DNA from: Ascidiella aspersa
Lineage: Eukaryota
Direction: 5' to 3'
Length of the DNA: 64,000 nt
Assembly (NCBI GenBank): GCA_963924565.1
Contig: OZ004615.1
Coordinates: 18,724,001 to 18,788,000, forward strand
A model generated the notes under the pieces. That model was not told the DNA's origin and ran no database searches. It saw only the letters and a program-made list of their open reading frames with translations. Position 1 is the stretch's first letter. Each line of letters starts with the position of its first letter. Position numbers and translations under genes: made by a program. Shown here one piece after another: positions 54,001 through 64,000 of this stretch.

Positions 54001-57000
54001 ATGCCATCATTTTTTACACTGATGATGGCATAAGGTATTGCTTTAACGTCTATAAACTGCGAAATGTTGATTTTGTCGAAACTTAAAGTCGTGTTATAAA
54101 CTCTTCTACTCTATTATTCAGGTTATGGTCGACGGCCCTGCAGGCAAGATCACAACTGTGGGGGAGTCACCCATCGGAAAAAAACACTCGCTGACCAAAT
54201 CATCGTCCCAGCTGCCACGACCACCCCCAACCCCCCTTGCCACCAAACTGGCCGACATCATGCCACAAATTCTCCCTGGTGACTTGAAGTTTTTTTTATA
54301 TGAGTTTGAATTGCAGTCGTTGGAGTTGATTATAAAATCAGTGATCAATTTTGAAAACCCCTAACTTAGTTTTACAACTTTTTCACTTGTAACAATTAAG
54401 TTTGGTCTAGTGGCAACCCCCCTTGCTACCAAACTGGCCGACATAATGCCACACATTTTTCTGGTAACTCAATTTTTTTTGTTATGTATTTGAATTGCAG
54501 TCGTTGAAGGGGATGTTTATTAAAATAGGTGAATTTAGAAAACCCTTTAACTTAGTTTTCCAACTTTTGCAGTTTTTTGTTTGGTCTTGTGGTAAATAAA
54601 GCCAAATTATGTTGTTTAGCAAGTAAAAGAAAATTGTGTTTTCAAACTTTCAAATTTGAAATATGATACATTTACATGGGTTTATAAAGCAATTTTAATA
54701 TAAAGACTTCATATTTCACATATTTGTTTGATCATATTCATACCTTTAGGCTAGTGTTTTTGTTTTTTTCCAAATAAACTGCTGGTCCACTACAACCTTT
54801 TATGGATCCTTTATGGTTTTCATGTACCCTTGGTAAAAACTGCTTTAGGGAATAAGTCTCGCCACCACATTCATAAAATTTCTGGTCATTTGACTTATTA
54901 TTCCTGTGTTTATACATATTTTTTTCAATACTAATTTTTCCTAATTTTTATCCAAAATTAATAGGCAGTCGTCCGTTGTCGCAAAACATTCCCCCGGACG
55001 TGGCCAACATCACAGTTCCGCCTCAGAACAGCTCAGCTTCCGTGAAAGCAACTGCAAGTTTGTCTTCACTCAAGAACGCCAATTCGTCGGACTCGCTGCA
55101 GAAGAAGATGTTGGCCAGCAGACCATCGATGACCAGCATTCAGGACGAGGAAGACGGTTAGTTTAAACTTCTACTGATTATTTAATTTAACAGTTAAATA
55201 TATGTACCCAACCCTTTCCCATCACCCACCCGGTGCATAATGTACCTAAATTTACTGATGCCCAAATATGCTTTTTAAGCATTACATTTTATAATGTAAT
55301 TCTATTTATCAGACGGCTTTGCATTTTTTTAATTTATTAGGAAATATTGCATTTGTGCCTAAAATTGTAAAGTTATAAATTTTTTAAGCCCAGCTCGCAA
55401 ACATGTATTTATTTATCAGTTTTTTTTTGCTCAGTGCCTATAAGGTTTGTGTCAGCATAACTCATATTTTAAAATACATAAGCAGTGCAAATTTATCTAT
55501 TTTATCTATTTTAAGAATGTGCTCTTTTTAACTCCTTCAAAAAGTCAAGTGGAAACTTATTTGGGTTTATTGTTTGAATTAAACAAATGCAGGAAATCTG
55601 GTGGTTTATTTGCTGCATAGCGTAAAATACAATAAACGCTTATGCTTTTTTGCAATATAGTCAAAATTGCTTTATTTTTCAGACAACATCGCTATCACCA
55701 AAGTTTCTGCCAAAATTCAGCAACTTCTCTTGACTCTTAAGGTAAAAAACTTTCTATATCTTTACCAGTTTTCTATATCTTTTTATATCTTTACCAGTTT
55801 TTGATTTTTGAAATAATAACATCGGTGACTACTCGATAAATCAAATAAATTGTATGACATATATTTATTCCCTGTGATTTGCATGGCTATTATTGATTTA
55901 GTGTGTTTTTTTTTAACTATCCAGACTTACCAGATGAATATTCTCTAAAAAAGTGGAGCAAAATAGTTTTAAAATATTGTTCCGCTTTTATTTTTTAACT
56001 TTCTAATTCAGGATGAAGCAAGAATAGCATTTATGGAATCGTTCTGCCAGGTTTAACTTTTCCGTCAACTTTCCGGCCTCACTTTTTAATTTGCCAACTT
56101 TTTTTGCACTTTTTTAATCTGTTAATTTACGTTGCTTTAACCTGGTCATAAGTTAAACTTTAACTTTTTAATTTCAGTATCGGCTTTATGTGGATACGAT
56201 TTCTAACATTTTCTAACCTTGCAGTTCTACAGTTGTGTTTTTAACTTATTTTCCATTTCTAACTTCAAAAAAGTCTGTTTCCGTACAAAATCTCTAGTAT
56301 CTTATCGAAGACCTTGTGTGTTCCTTTTTTAACTTGGTTAACAATTATAAAACCGCCAGACACTTTCTGTTAAATAGTAGTTATAAATAAATGTGTATTA
56401 TTGCATCTTGTAAAAGGTTCTAAATATGACAAAACTCTACAAAGAGATGCTGGTTGCCGTTTTCATTGATTTGGTTTGGGTATAAACTACTTGAGCTTTT
56501 TTCCTGTATCTCAGTTTGGTTCTAACCTTGTGTGATCCGGGCTTATTTGCCAAACAAAATATCTACGTTGTACTTACTTACAATTTACAATTTGTTGTGC
56601 AGAGACCAAAGAAAAAGCCCCTTGCCGAGTACTTCCAGGATGAACAGGTAAGCTTCCGTGATCGAATTAGCTTTTTTCCGAAATCCGACCACAAAAGCTT
56701 TTCGGGCAAATCTAAACACTTAATCATTAAGTCGAACATGTTAGGAAATAAATTTGAGTAATATAGCTTACAAGAAACTGCAGAGTTTAATATTTGACAT
56801 TTGTGGAAATATATACACGCGTCGTGTCAACGGTATCAAACGTAATCAGTTCGAATTTCATTGGAATATAGCAAAAGTAAAGCGCATACAAAGTAGCAAT
56901 CTGGTTTAATCTTTTAATAAACCATTTTGTGCTTTGTTAAATTTTTGAAATGAAAAATAATAAGTTTGTTCAGATGCCCATATAAAAATTTTCACTCCAC

Positions 57001-60000
57001 TTTAACATAGTTAGTACTTTAGTTAACAGGGAAGTCAAATCATAATAATTATAAAAAAAACTTCTATTTCGTTTAGATGTTCTCTGTAAAACAATGATCT
57101 ACAGCAGGCCTACTCAGTATTCAATTCGCTTTTGCAAAGATCTACAATATATACAAAAGTTTAAGATATATCTAGTTTTTGTTTTAGCGAATATATTTTT
57201 TAAAATAATGCAAATAAAACGTCAATAGTTTAGCTACAGTCAGCTCGTGGGAGAAATATAAAGTATTTCGTTCTTGTGCCATTTACTGAATAAAGTCCAA
57301 ATAAATCAGAAAGTTAACTCCCAAATATCGCCAATTAATTCTCTTATTTAAGTATTAAAAATCCGTGCCACCAATTTTGTTTAGGGAACTAATTTTTTTT
57401 CTTATGAACAGGAGGAACTTTTGGAAAACACGCCCCTGGACGAAAACGCCCCCAAATGCGAGGGTCCTGTGGCCCCCATTCGCGAGGGGGGAGCCATGCC
57501 AATGCAGACCAACATTCCTCACTCCATAGAGGCAGCCATTCACAGGTATGTCCTATATATATCGGATCGAAAAACGATTGGTGGTATCGCTACTTGTTAT
57601 ATACTATTGTAGGATTGCTGCCGATCCAAATATTGCACGCATTATCAGGCCGATGGTTTTTAAAAGTTGATGTCCACTGAAGTCTTTATCAGTTTACAAA
57701 CAATAAACACAACGATGGTTACAAAACCTTAGTTCCTTAATTCGAATGAATTCACACAAAGTTATCAACACTAATAGCAATAAACACAGAACAAATATAA
57801 AACTTAATTTACACCGCAATAGAGTAGATGTTACCACTAACACAGGCGCGTCTCAAATGAAGGGCAAACAAGACACGTTTAAACGAGACACGTACATGCT
57901 CTAGGCAAAGCGCGCCACTAGGAGCAGTGTTTAAATAAAATAAAACACTAAGGTTAACAAAGTTTTTTTATTTTTATTTCTCCCTTACAAGCATCTTTTC
58001 CAAAAACCATAACCGATTAAATAACTTGTTTTTTATCCATTTTTCCTTCCATTTCTTTCCTGGAACAAATTTTCTTCTCAAATTTAAAAATTCCCACCTA
58101 ATGGAGCCAAGTTGCTCCCTTTGAGTCCCACTGGTTTATACCGTTGGAGAACAACGCAGAGATTCCTAGGGTGAAAGATATGTTGGTCGAGAGCTATAAA
58201 TGGATATCAGAAAGACAACTTACGGCTCCACACTGGGTTTAGTAATTAGCTGAGCGGTTAGCTGTAAAATATGAGAATTTTTTTTTCACTTCGGTTGAAG
58301 GAAAATAAAACGGACGTGTAAAGCAGAAACGACAAAAAAACAGTGTTGGCATCGAGGAAACTGTTACCTACAATAGATTTGGGCCTAAACTACCCTAATG
58401 TAACGTAAAGTATGGCCGTTATAATCTAATTAAACTTATAATCTAATTAATATAATTGAGTCGAGTTTATGCAAACCAAAGCAGGAAACGCGATACACTT
58501 TGTTTTTGTTACGATTTCCATGGAAAATGTGTAGTTTATCAATCATTCGACGGGTAACCCGTTTTGTTCGTTACTCGGTCGATCTACAATCTGGATTTTC
58601 TTGTCTACTGTTTTTGCATTTTGCCCGAAGTGCTTACCACGCAGCGTCGTATACAGAGCTTTATAACGCCGCTTTAAACGCGCCCAGCTGGTGCTGAAGT
58701 GGCCGTTTAAAGCCGAACCATTTATCAACCACTCATAAAGCGATGCCAGTTAAAAGCGTAGGGGAGTGCGTCGTTGTGAAACCGCAAATAGCAACAGGAA
58801 GCTCATTATTCTTGCCTGTCGATTGGCCTCAGCACATGTGTAACCGTTCTAACTCAATCAAGGCGTTGAGGTTACTGCTACCTGTCGTTATAGCGGGTCA
58901 TTTATCACGCAAATCAAACCGGTCAAACCGCTGTGTGCCTAAATACCATGAAATATTATTTTCAATTGTGTTGCCTAATCTGCCAAAGAATTGCCTAAAG
59001 ATTTGCAGTGATCTTCCTAATTCGCCAAGTCTGTCAGCCGATAAATTTCAAGTATGAAAATAGTGTTTCAAAAGTCTTTATGTGTTGGCCAAGGGGTGAA
59101 AAAGTCCAAACCATGTCCATATAAAGGAGAAATGGACGTACTTTATGTTGAGCAAGTAAACTAGTTAATAACTTAATGTGCCGTTTTTGTTCGTCCCATT
59201 TTACTAGGCTGCTTTCAAGACAGGCATGTAGGCCGGTCTACAGGGGGTCGCAAAAGAAAAAAAATATGTTATTGGTGTAAATCCGACTTTACTGTCTTGG
59301 TCTTGGACTAAATGTCTGTGCGTTGCATGAAAATTTTCCCACTGTTTTTTATCTTAGTTATCATTAGAGATTGACCGATATCACTTTTTTCGGACCGATA
59401 AGCGATTTTTTTACGTTTTTGCGAACCAGATACTAGATACCGATTTTTTATAAACCTGGAATATAGTTTGAATTTAAATTAAATAAAAAAAGCCTGAATA
59501 AAATTTCGTTGATCTACCTATATTTATTAAACTCTTATGTTGCATATTAAATCGGCGTGATGCAAAACAAAAGTTTTTTGCCAGAAAATAGGCAATTTTT
59601 GTTTAATTTTCAGGTAGAACTATATCATATTTTTGTTGTAAATATCAGCCAAAATTTACCGATGCCGATATATCGGTAGAAGCAAAATATTGGGCGATAT
59701 TATCAGTCTATCTCCTGTCATATGGACCGAAAAATTAATTTACCCGACAACAAAAATTAATTATCCCGACAGCATCCTTGTATAGTCCGAATCGGTACGG
59801 TATAAGGGACGATTATAACCAGACTATTGGGCTTTTTAGTTTGCACATTGGTTTGTAACATTCTAGAGCCGCAATTTCTCCACAACCCGCCTTTGTTTTC
59901 TCGCAGATGCGGCACCGCGAATCCCAAGGCTCCCTGCCTCACGTCTGTCGATCTGAACGGCAAGACGGCCTATACCTTGACATATGGTGAGTGACTGCCG

Positions 60001-63000
60001 CCGCTGCTGCATTAATGCATGCTAAATGCAAGTTCGCGTTTTTTAGCGTTGTCTTCGCGTCAGCTTTTTATGTAAAACAGGCCGCCGAGCCCAATTACAT
60101 TGCCCCCCGCTGCCAGGCTCGAAATCTTTTGTGTGTCCACGCGTCGCCGCTTGCGACAAGCTGAGAATCTAATTGTGCACCCAAATCGGCTCCACCTTTT
60201 GATGCTCGTGGATTACCGGCTCATCCAGGGATTTAGCGTTTTCTTGGGGAAAATATGTTATTTCGGTTGTTCTCGCGTTCAATATTTAGCAACGAAAAGG
60301 TTAACTTGTTAAACTAAAAATCAGGATAACAACATGTTTTCGTGAAATCGAAAATTAGGAACTAGTTTTCTCACAATCGTGCTTTATGAGATCAAAGTGC
60401 GAAGAGAAACACCATTATTTCTATCTTTTTATTTTTTATCGTATACCTTAAAAACTTGTTAACTTTAAATCTTACTGTTGCAACAGTTTTACCTGGATTT
60501 TTAAATACTGCTATCCATTAAAATGACAACGATGTCCGACCAATTTTCGATTAAAATACGTTTAAATTATGTCCTGAAACAGTTAACCAAGAAAAGACCT
60601 AAAGTTAGGTAACAGAACTAGCTATTTTCAACCAAAAACGATTAAACTTTACTTTTAGTCCCTTAACAGTCTAAAAATCCCGATTTTTCGCAGGCAAGCT
60701 GCTTTCCCGGATGTATCGCGTCGCCTACACTTTGCTGCACAAACGCAACGGCCTTCAGCCAGGCCAGAGGGTCGCCCTGGTGTTTCCCAACTCGCAACCT
60801 GTGCCCTTCACCTGCGCGTTCTACGGTTGTTTGCTGGCTGGACTCGTTCCTGTAGTGGTGGAGGTGCCACTGTCGTCATCGGTAAGTTTCAAGGCGATTT
60901 GTTTTCCTTTTTTGACAACTCAAGTACAGATGCCATAAAGTCTTGAAATCTTTAATTTTTTTTTTATTGTGTATTTTATTTGACTTTCCGATTTAAAAGT
61001 CGTAAAAAATCGCCATGTTTTTCCTTAAGTCTTCAAATAGTTTTATGTGCTGTTTAACAAATGTGTTTAGAAAGTGTTGTATTAAAACTAATTTTAAAAC
61101 TATTTAATGTTGTGTTGACCGTGGAATTTATGATGTTCAGTTTTCGAATTGTATTCAAAACATGTCAATTGATCCAATTTTAGGTGTAAAACGGTCTTTG
61201 AATGTCCTTGAAATTATTTTATAAAAGTGTGTGGCAACCCTTCTTAAAATACGACAAGGGCACGATCGGAAAAACTATATGTTAGCGGACCACATACTAA
61301 CGTACCTAAACCATCGTAAGCTTTACGCAATGCGACGCAATCTAATAAGACTATGAGATATCGTCACTTTAGGAAATGCTTGGAAATAGTTTATGAGATA
61401 TGGCCAAGCTAAGAAATGCCTTTTTAGATTGTGCAATTGAAGTCCATACCTATTTTCGTTGGGATTTTTACCTACATCTTTGATTTTTACCTACAAGCTC
61501 AGTCTTTTTAATTAGTCCGGAAGGTTATTCACCTTTTGTAGTAATATTGTAGGGGTGGTCGAGATTTTTACCTACTAATTTCGCAGTTTATTCTGTATTT
61601 GCTAATTCAATACCATAAACCCATTTTGGTGCCTTCAATGGGCGTGCAAATAACATAAAAAAGTTTACGATTTATCTCACTGCTTTCCCATTTCTGTGCT
61701 GTCGTGCAAAAAAAGTCTCATTGAAAAAGAGTTTGATTAAAGGGCCAAGTAACGCACGACGCAATGTTACTTATAACTTCCCAAGTTTTTAGCATCTGTC
61801 GTAATGTTTTATTCCCGGTCTGAATAAAAGCCAGGGACTTATGTAACAGCGTTTTCGAAAGGGCAAAGTTGCACACAACAACAAGCGCGCAATATTGTCG
61901 CAACAGCTGAATCCGAATAAAAGCCGTTAACGCCAGACTGCGGGTCAATGTCATTGGAAAGTCAACACGGGTTGGTTGCGCACAAAGGCATTCCACCAAT
62001 TCTTTGGACGACTGGTCTTGGTTTAACGCGCACCTTTAACGTTATTGTTGTTTGATTTGGCGTCATATCGAATGTGGCGTAATACGAATTGGGAGTTCAC
62101 ACTTTATGCGCTTTCGACTTCCACTTGCGTTTTGTTGTCGCAATCATGTTAAATGTAAAGTAAACGAAGATCTTAATTTGTTTTTTTAACGTTATTTATT
62201 CGCCATTTTATATTTGATGTGTAGTGTTTTATCCTCTATTTTTTATTAGCTGCCAAAATATGTTTTCGTCCAACCACGTCAAAAAAAAATTAAGTTCTGT
62301 GTTTCAGAAAAAAATGCTTATTGCGACCAACATGTTACATTGCAAAATAACTAGATCGCCCACTAAAACTAATATTAACAATAATAATAATAATTATAAT
62401 AAATAAAAGCTAATTGAAAATACAGTTCGGCTTTCTGACATTTTTATATGAAAAAAATATTTTTCGTTCACCAGAGCTGCAGGATTTGTAGTTTTTGAAT
62501 CCAGAAAAGTATGCCGATACTATTTGTGGCTCGCATATTTACGCGATTTCTATGTCCAGGATTACTTCAGTGAGCCAAAACTTAATTATTTTAACAGATA
62601 AATCTAATTAGGAGTTTTCAACACAGACAAATACGCGACCAATATTTTTGAAAGATATTATAAAAGCGAGTGCAATTTCTCTGTCCAGGATTCCTTTATT
62701 AAGCCAAAACTTTATCTGTTTTAACAGGGCTATCTAATTAGTAGTTTTTAACTCAGACAAAACACGCGACGAACATTTTTATGTTTTTTAAGCGATTACG
62801 ATTTCTATGTCCAGGATTCCTTTAATCAGGGCGAAACTTTATTTATTTAACAGAGGTATTTAATTAGCAATTTTCTAACCAGTCAAGCATGCGAAGAATA
62901 TTTTTTGAGAGATATTTAAAAGCGATTGCGATTTCAATAAGGCGAAACTTCATTTGTTTTAATAGAGCTATCTTTAGCAATTTTCTCACCAGACAAACCT

Positions 63001-63173
63001 CAGAAAACTTGAAAGATATTTTAAAAGCGAGTGCGATTTCTATGTGCAGGATCCCGGAAGTTCGCAGCTCGGCTTTCTTCTGGGCAACTGCGGAGTCAAG
63101 ACCGCCCTCACCTCCGACCACTGCATCAAGGCCCTGCCCAAGAACGAACGCGGTGACGTCACGCAACTGAAAG
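21015..63173 (+). CDS. DIP2: Disco-interacting protein 2 homolog (DMAP1-binding domain plus start of first AMP-binding/FAAL-like domain); 13 exons, partial, continues beyond window
   Basis: Exons 21015-21099, 26723-26797, 50902-51030, 51746-51880, 52707-52861, 54122-54278, 54965-55156, 55683-55741, 56603-56647, 57412-57545, 59907-59986, 60694-60881 and 63050-63173. All introns are GT-AG and join in frame (519 codons + 1 nt). Diagnostic peptides: PLEVKAKLAELDIEISEGDITQKGYEKKRLKLL, RDDRYRSDAHSEAVLAALAK, KVSAKIQQLLLTLKRPKK, RVALVFPNSQP..F..AFYGCLLAGLVPV, DPGSSQLGFLLGNCGV..ALTSD.C.KALPK. Confidence 0.96.
22547..22606 (+). repeat. 30-bp tandem duplication
   Basis: TTTACCTGTCAGCTATTGTGTAAACAAAC occurs twice. 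Confidence 0.9.
26723..26797 (+). CDS. DIP2: DIP2 exon 2
   Basis: tttttcag|(G)DITQKGYEKKRLKLLEPYLVKNKK|gtaatt. Confidence 0.95.
32956..33044 (+). repeat. 30-bp tandem repeat, 3 copies
   Basis: GGTACTGACGGTACAAACTAGGGTGGAATG three times, inside CCGATA-rich MITE-like sequence. Confidence 0.95.
35497..35850. mobile_element. hAT/Charlie-like MITE
   Basis: TIRs cagcggttctcaacc / ggttgagaaccactg; CCGGTCCGC subterminal motifs three times; TTAGTT on both flanks. Confidence 0.85.
40290..40599. mobile_element. hAT/Charlie-like MITE
   Basis: TIRs cagtgtttctcaa / ttgagaaacactg; 8-bp TSD tgatacgc / tgttacgc; TTGGGTCG subterminal motifs. Confidence 0.88.
43140..43252 (-). mobile_element. Diverged terminal fragment of the 735-1199 MITE family, inverted
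   Basis: Reverse complement cagttttgtaacgacttgagtaaagga..tgacttaagtgcac..gacttaacttaag..caaaataacttgacttgacttagg aligns by eye with 735-835. Confidence 0.65.
50902..51030 (+). CDS. DIP2: DIP2 exon 3
   Basis: VLVEPEVTSQQRRGSNDKHSRKSPNRSAMNRRRHSRRDDRYRS; phase 1-1. Confidence 0.9.
51746..51880 (+). CDS. DIP2: DIP2 exon 4
   Basis: DAHSEAVLAALAKHKTKRIPVLPLPVKRRSLMVHGIQGETHIESS. Confidence 0.92.
52707..52861 (+). CDS. DIP2: DIP2 exon 5
   Basis: DDDVPTDTSTGDDGSLKRRSDNSSSPSSAQPSPVTGQRVLPPHLHISAPMQQ; phase 1-0. Confidence 0.85.
53959..54074. repeat. Long foldback inverted repeat in DIP2 intron 5
   Basis: Arms of about 50 bp (gtcgacattttgcag...atgccatcat / atgatggcat...aaatgttgat) with 6 differences and a loop of about 12 nt. 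Confidence 0.92.
54122..54278 (+). CDS. DIP2: DIP2 exon 6
   Basis: VMVDGPAGKITTVGESPIGKKHSLTKSSSQLPRPPPTPLATKLADIMPQILPG; phase 0-1. Confidence 0.85.
54228..54592 (+). repeat. ~180-bp tandem duplication covering the 3' end of DIP2 exon 6 and its donor
   Basis: caacccccct-tgcYaccaaactggccgacat...ctggtRact...tttgaattgcagtcgttg...aacttagtttt...tttggtctWgtgg is present twice. Confidence 0.9.
54965..55156 (+). CDS. DIP2: DIP2 exon 7
   Basis: SRPLSQNIPPDVANITVPPQNSS...MTSIQDEED; phase 1-1. Confidence 0.85.
55683..55741 (+). CDS. DIP2: DIP2 exon 8
   Basis: DNIAITKVSAKIQQLLLTLK|gtaaaa. Confidence 0.92.
56603..56647 (+). CDS. DIP2: DIP2 exon 9
   Basis: RPKKKPLAEYFQDEQ|gtaagc; 45 nt, phase 0-0. Confidence 0.9.
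57412..57545 (+). CDS. DIP2: DIP2 exon 10
   Basis: EELLENTPLDENAPKCEGPVAPIREGGAMPMQTNIPHSIEAAIHR|gtatgt. Confidence 0.92.
59365..59715. mobile_element. MITE with CCGATA subterminal repeats
   Basis: Ends tagagattgaccgata / tatcagtctatctc; repeated ccgata and atcgg motifs; TSD degenerate. Confidence 0.6.
59907..59986 (+). CDS. DIP2: DIP2 exon 11
   Basis: CGTANPKAPCLTSVDLNGKTAYTLTYG|gtgagt. Confidence 0.93.
60694..60881 (+). CDS. DIP2: DIP2 exon 12
   Basis: KLLSRMYRVAYTLLHKRNGLQPGQRVALVFPNSQPVPFTCAFYGCLLAGLVPVVVEVPLSSS|gtaagt. Confidence 0.95.
60935..61241. mobile_element. Decayed MITE (gtccttgaa...tggcaaccct family); related end near 51290-51381
   Basis: Right end gtccttgaaattattttataaaagtgtgtggcaaccct resembles gtttttgaaattattgcataaaaatatgtgacaaccct; left end not clear. 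Confidence 0.45.
62540..63056 (+). repeat. Diverged ~115-130-bp tandem array ending in the DIP2 exon 13 acceptor
   Basis: The unit gcgatttctatgtccaggattcc...aaaactt...ttaacag..tatctaattag.agtttt..a..cagacaa recurs 4 times plus the genuine acceptor copy. Confidence 0.88.
63050..63173 (+). CDS. DIP2: DIP2 exon 13
   Basis: DPGSSQLGFLLGNCGVKTALTSDHCIKALPKNERGDVTQLKG|gtttga. Confidence 0.94.
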
Positions 63174-64000
63174 GTTTGAATATTACAGAATTGGTGAAGA
63201 AGTCTTTTGTGGTGCGATAGAGTTTGGCTGGAATATGATTTCGCAACTTACGCACGCCGTACAATAATTTCATTATTTTTTTAGTAGAGAAACAGCTGTG
63301 CGTCATGTTATATTGGCGAACCTTTTTTTACCTAGAATCCCTCTTTTGCTTACGGCAATTTTTAACGTAGAGTAAGTAAAATTGCCAATATCAAAATAAA
63401 TGTCTTATTGTGTAAACATTTTCAACAAATCTTACAACATAAACCACTAAGGTTACATGTGATGAATTAGATTGCTATACTGTCTACGAAACTTATCAAC
63501 TATAAACTTAAATTATTTGGTACGGGACTATATCATGTAAATATACCCGGTGTTTTTACGAGTTAAACGCCACCGGTATAATGATCATTAGGTTGTTAAA
63601 AATTAACCGGTGCTTTTCACTACTCCGTATTCCATTCGTTATAGGACGGTTACGCCCGCGAATTTTTCAATGCAAATTTGTGGGTGCAGATTCATTACAC
63701 AACGCTTTCTGATGTTTGTTACATTAGACACTCTTTAATCCAAATTAACGGAAATTAAATAATTTTTAAAAACTATAACATAAAAAACTATAATTTCATA
63801 GTCTTAAAAAATAAAATCTTCAGGTATTAATTAGAATTAAGTTGCCTTTACTGACGAAATGAATTCTCTTTTTTCGCTATAAATTGACTTTCAATGTCAA
63901 TTAATCTGTTCGTACAAGCAACTTTATATTGATGGGTATCCACAAATATTAAGTTGCTTCTACTAACAGAATGTGGTAAGCATTGTCGTATGGTTGTTTC

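Noticed and set aside
58245-58300. tRNA/SINE A-box-like tagctgagcggttag
   Set aside because: No B box or cloverleaf follows.
1-63173. nvd + DIP2 + MPV17L2 as a functional lipid gene cluster
   Set aside because: Adjacency in an animal genome is not evidence of a shared pathway without conserved synteny or co-expression.

Overview
AT-rich, intron-containing animal DNA. It is probably from an ascidian or other tunicate (inferred from gene content, compact introns and repeat types). There is no prokaryotic organisation, and almost all entries in the ORF track are spurious or are exon fragments. Three protein-coding genes can be assembled by hand from GT-AG exons with consistent phases. (1) The 5' part of an MPV17/PMP22-family gene (MPV17L2-like) on the minus strand, 451 to 1, running off the window. 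(2) A complete 9-exon neverland/DAF-36 Rieske cholesterol 7-desaturase on the minus strand, 9844 to 1652, 466 aa. (3) The first 13 coding exons of a DIP2 (disco-interacting protein 2) gene on the plus strand from 21015, with a 24.1-kb second intron, continuing past the window. Non-coding DNA carries hAT-type MITEs with 8-bp TSDs (three nested inside one another just upstream of DIP2), short tandem repeats and foldback hairpins. The most notable observations are: a candidate in-frame 48-nt cassette exon inside DIP2 intron 2; tandem duplications that copy DIP2 splice sites; sharp alternation of CpG-poor and CpG-rich domains within DIP2; a young TA-flanked 178-bp repeat bracketing neverland exon 1; and possible decayed NACHT/LRR coding relics between the two divergent genes. 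I found no convincing wholly novel system; these are leads to test.
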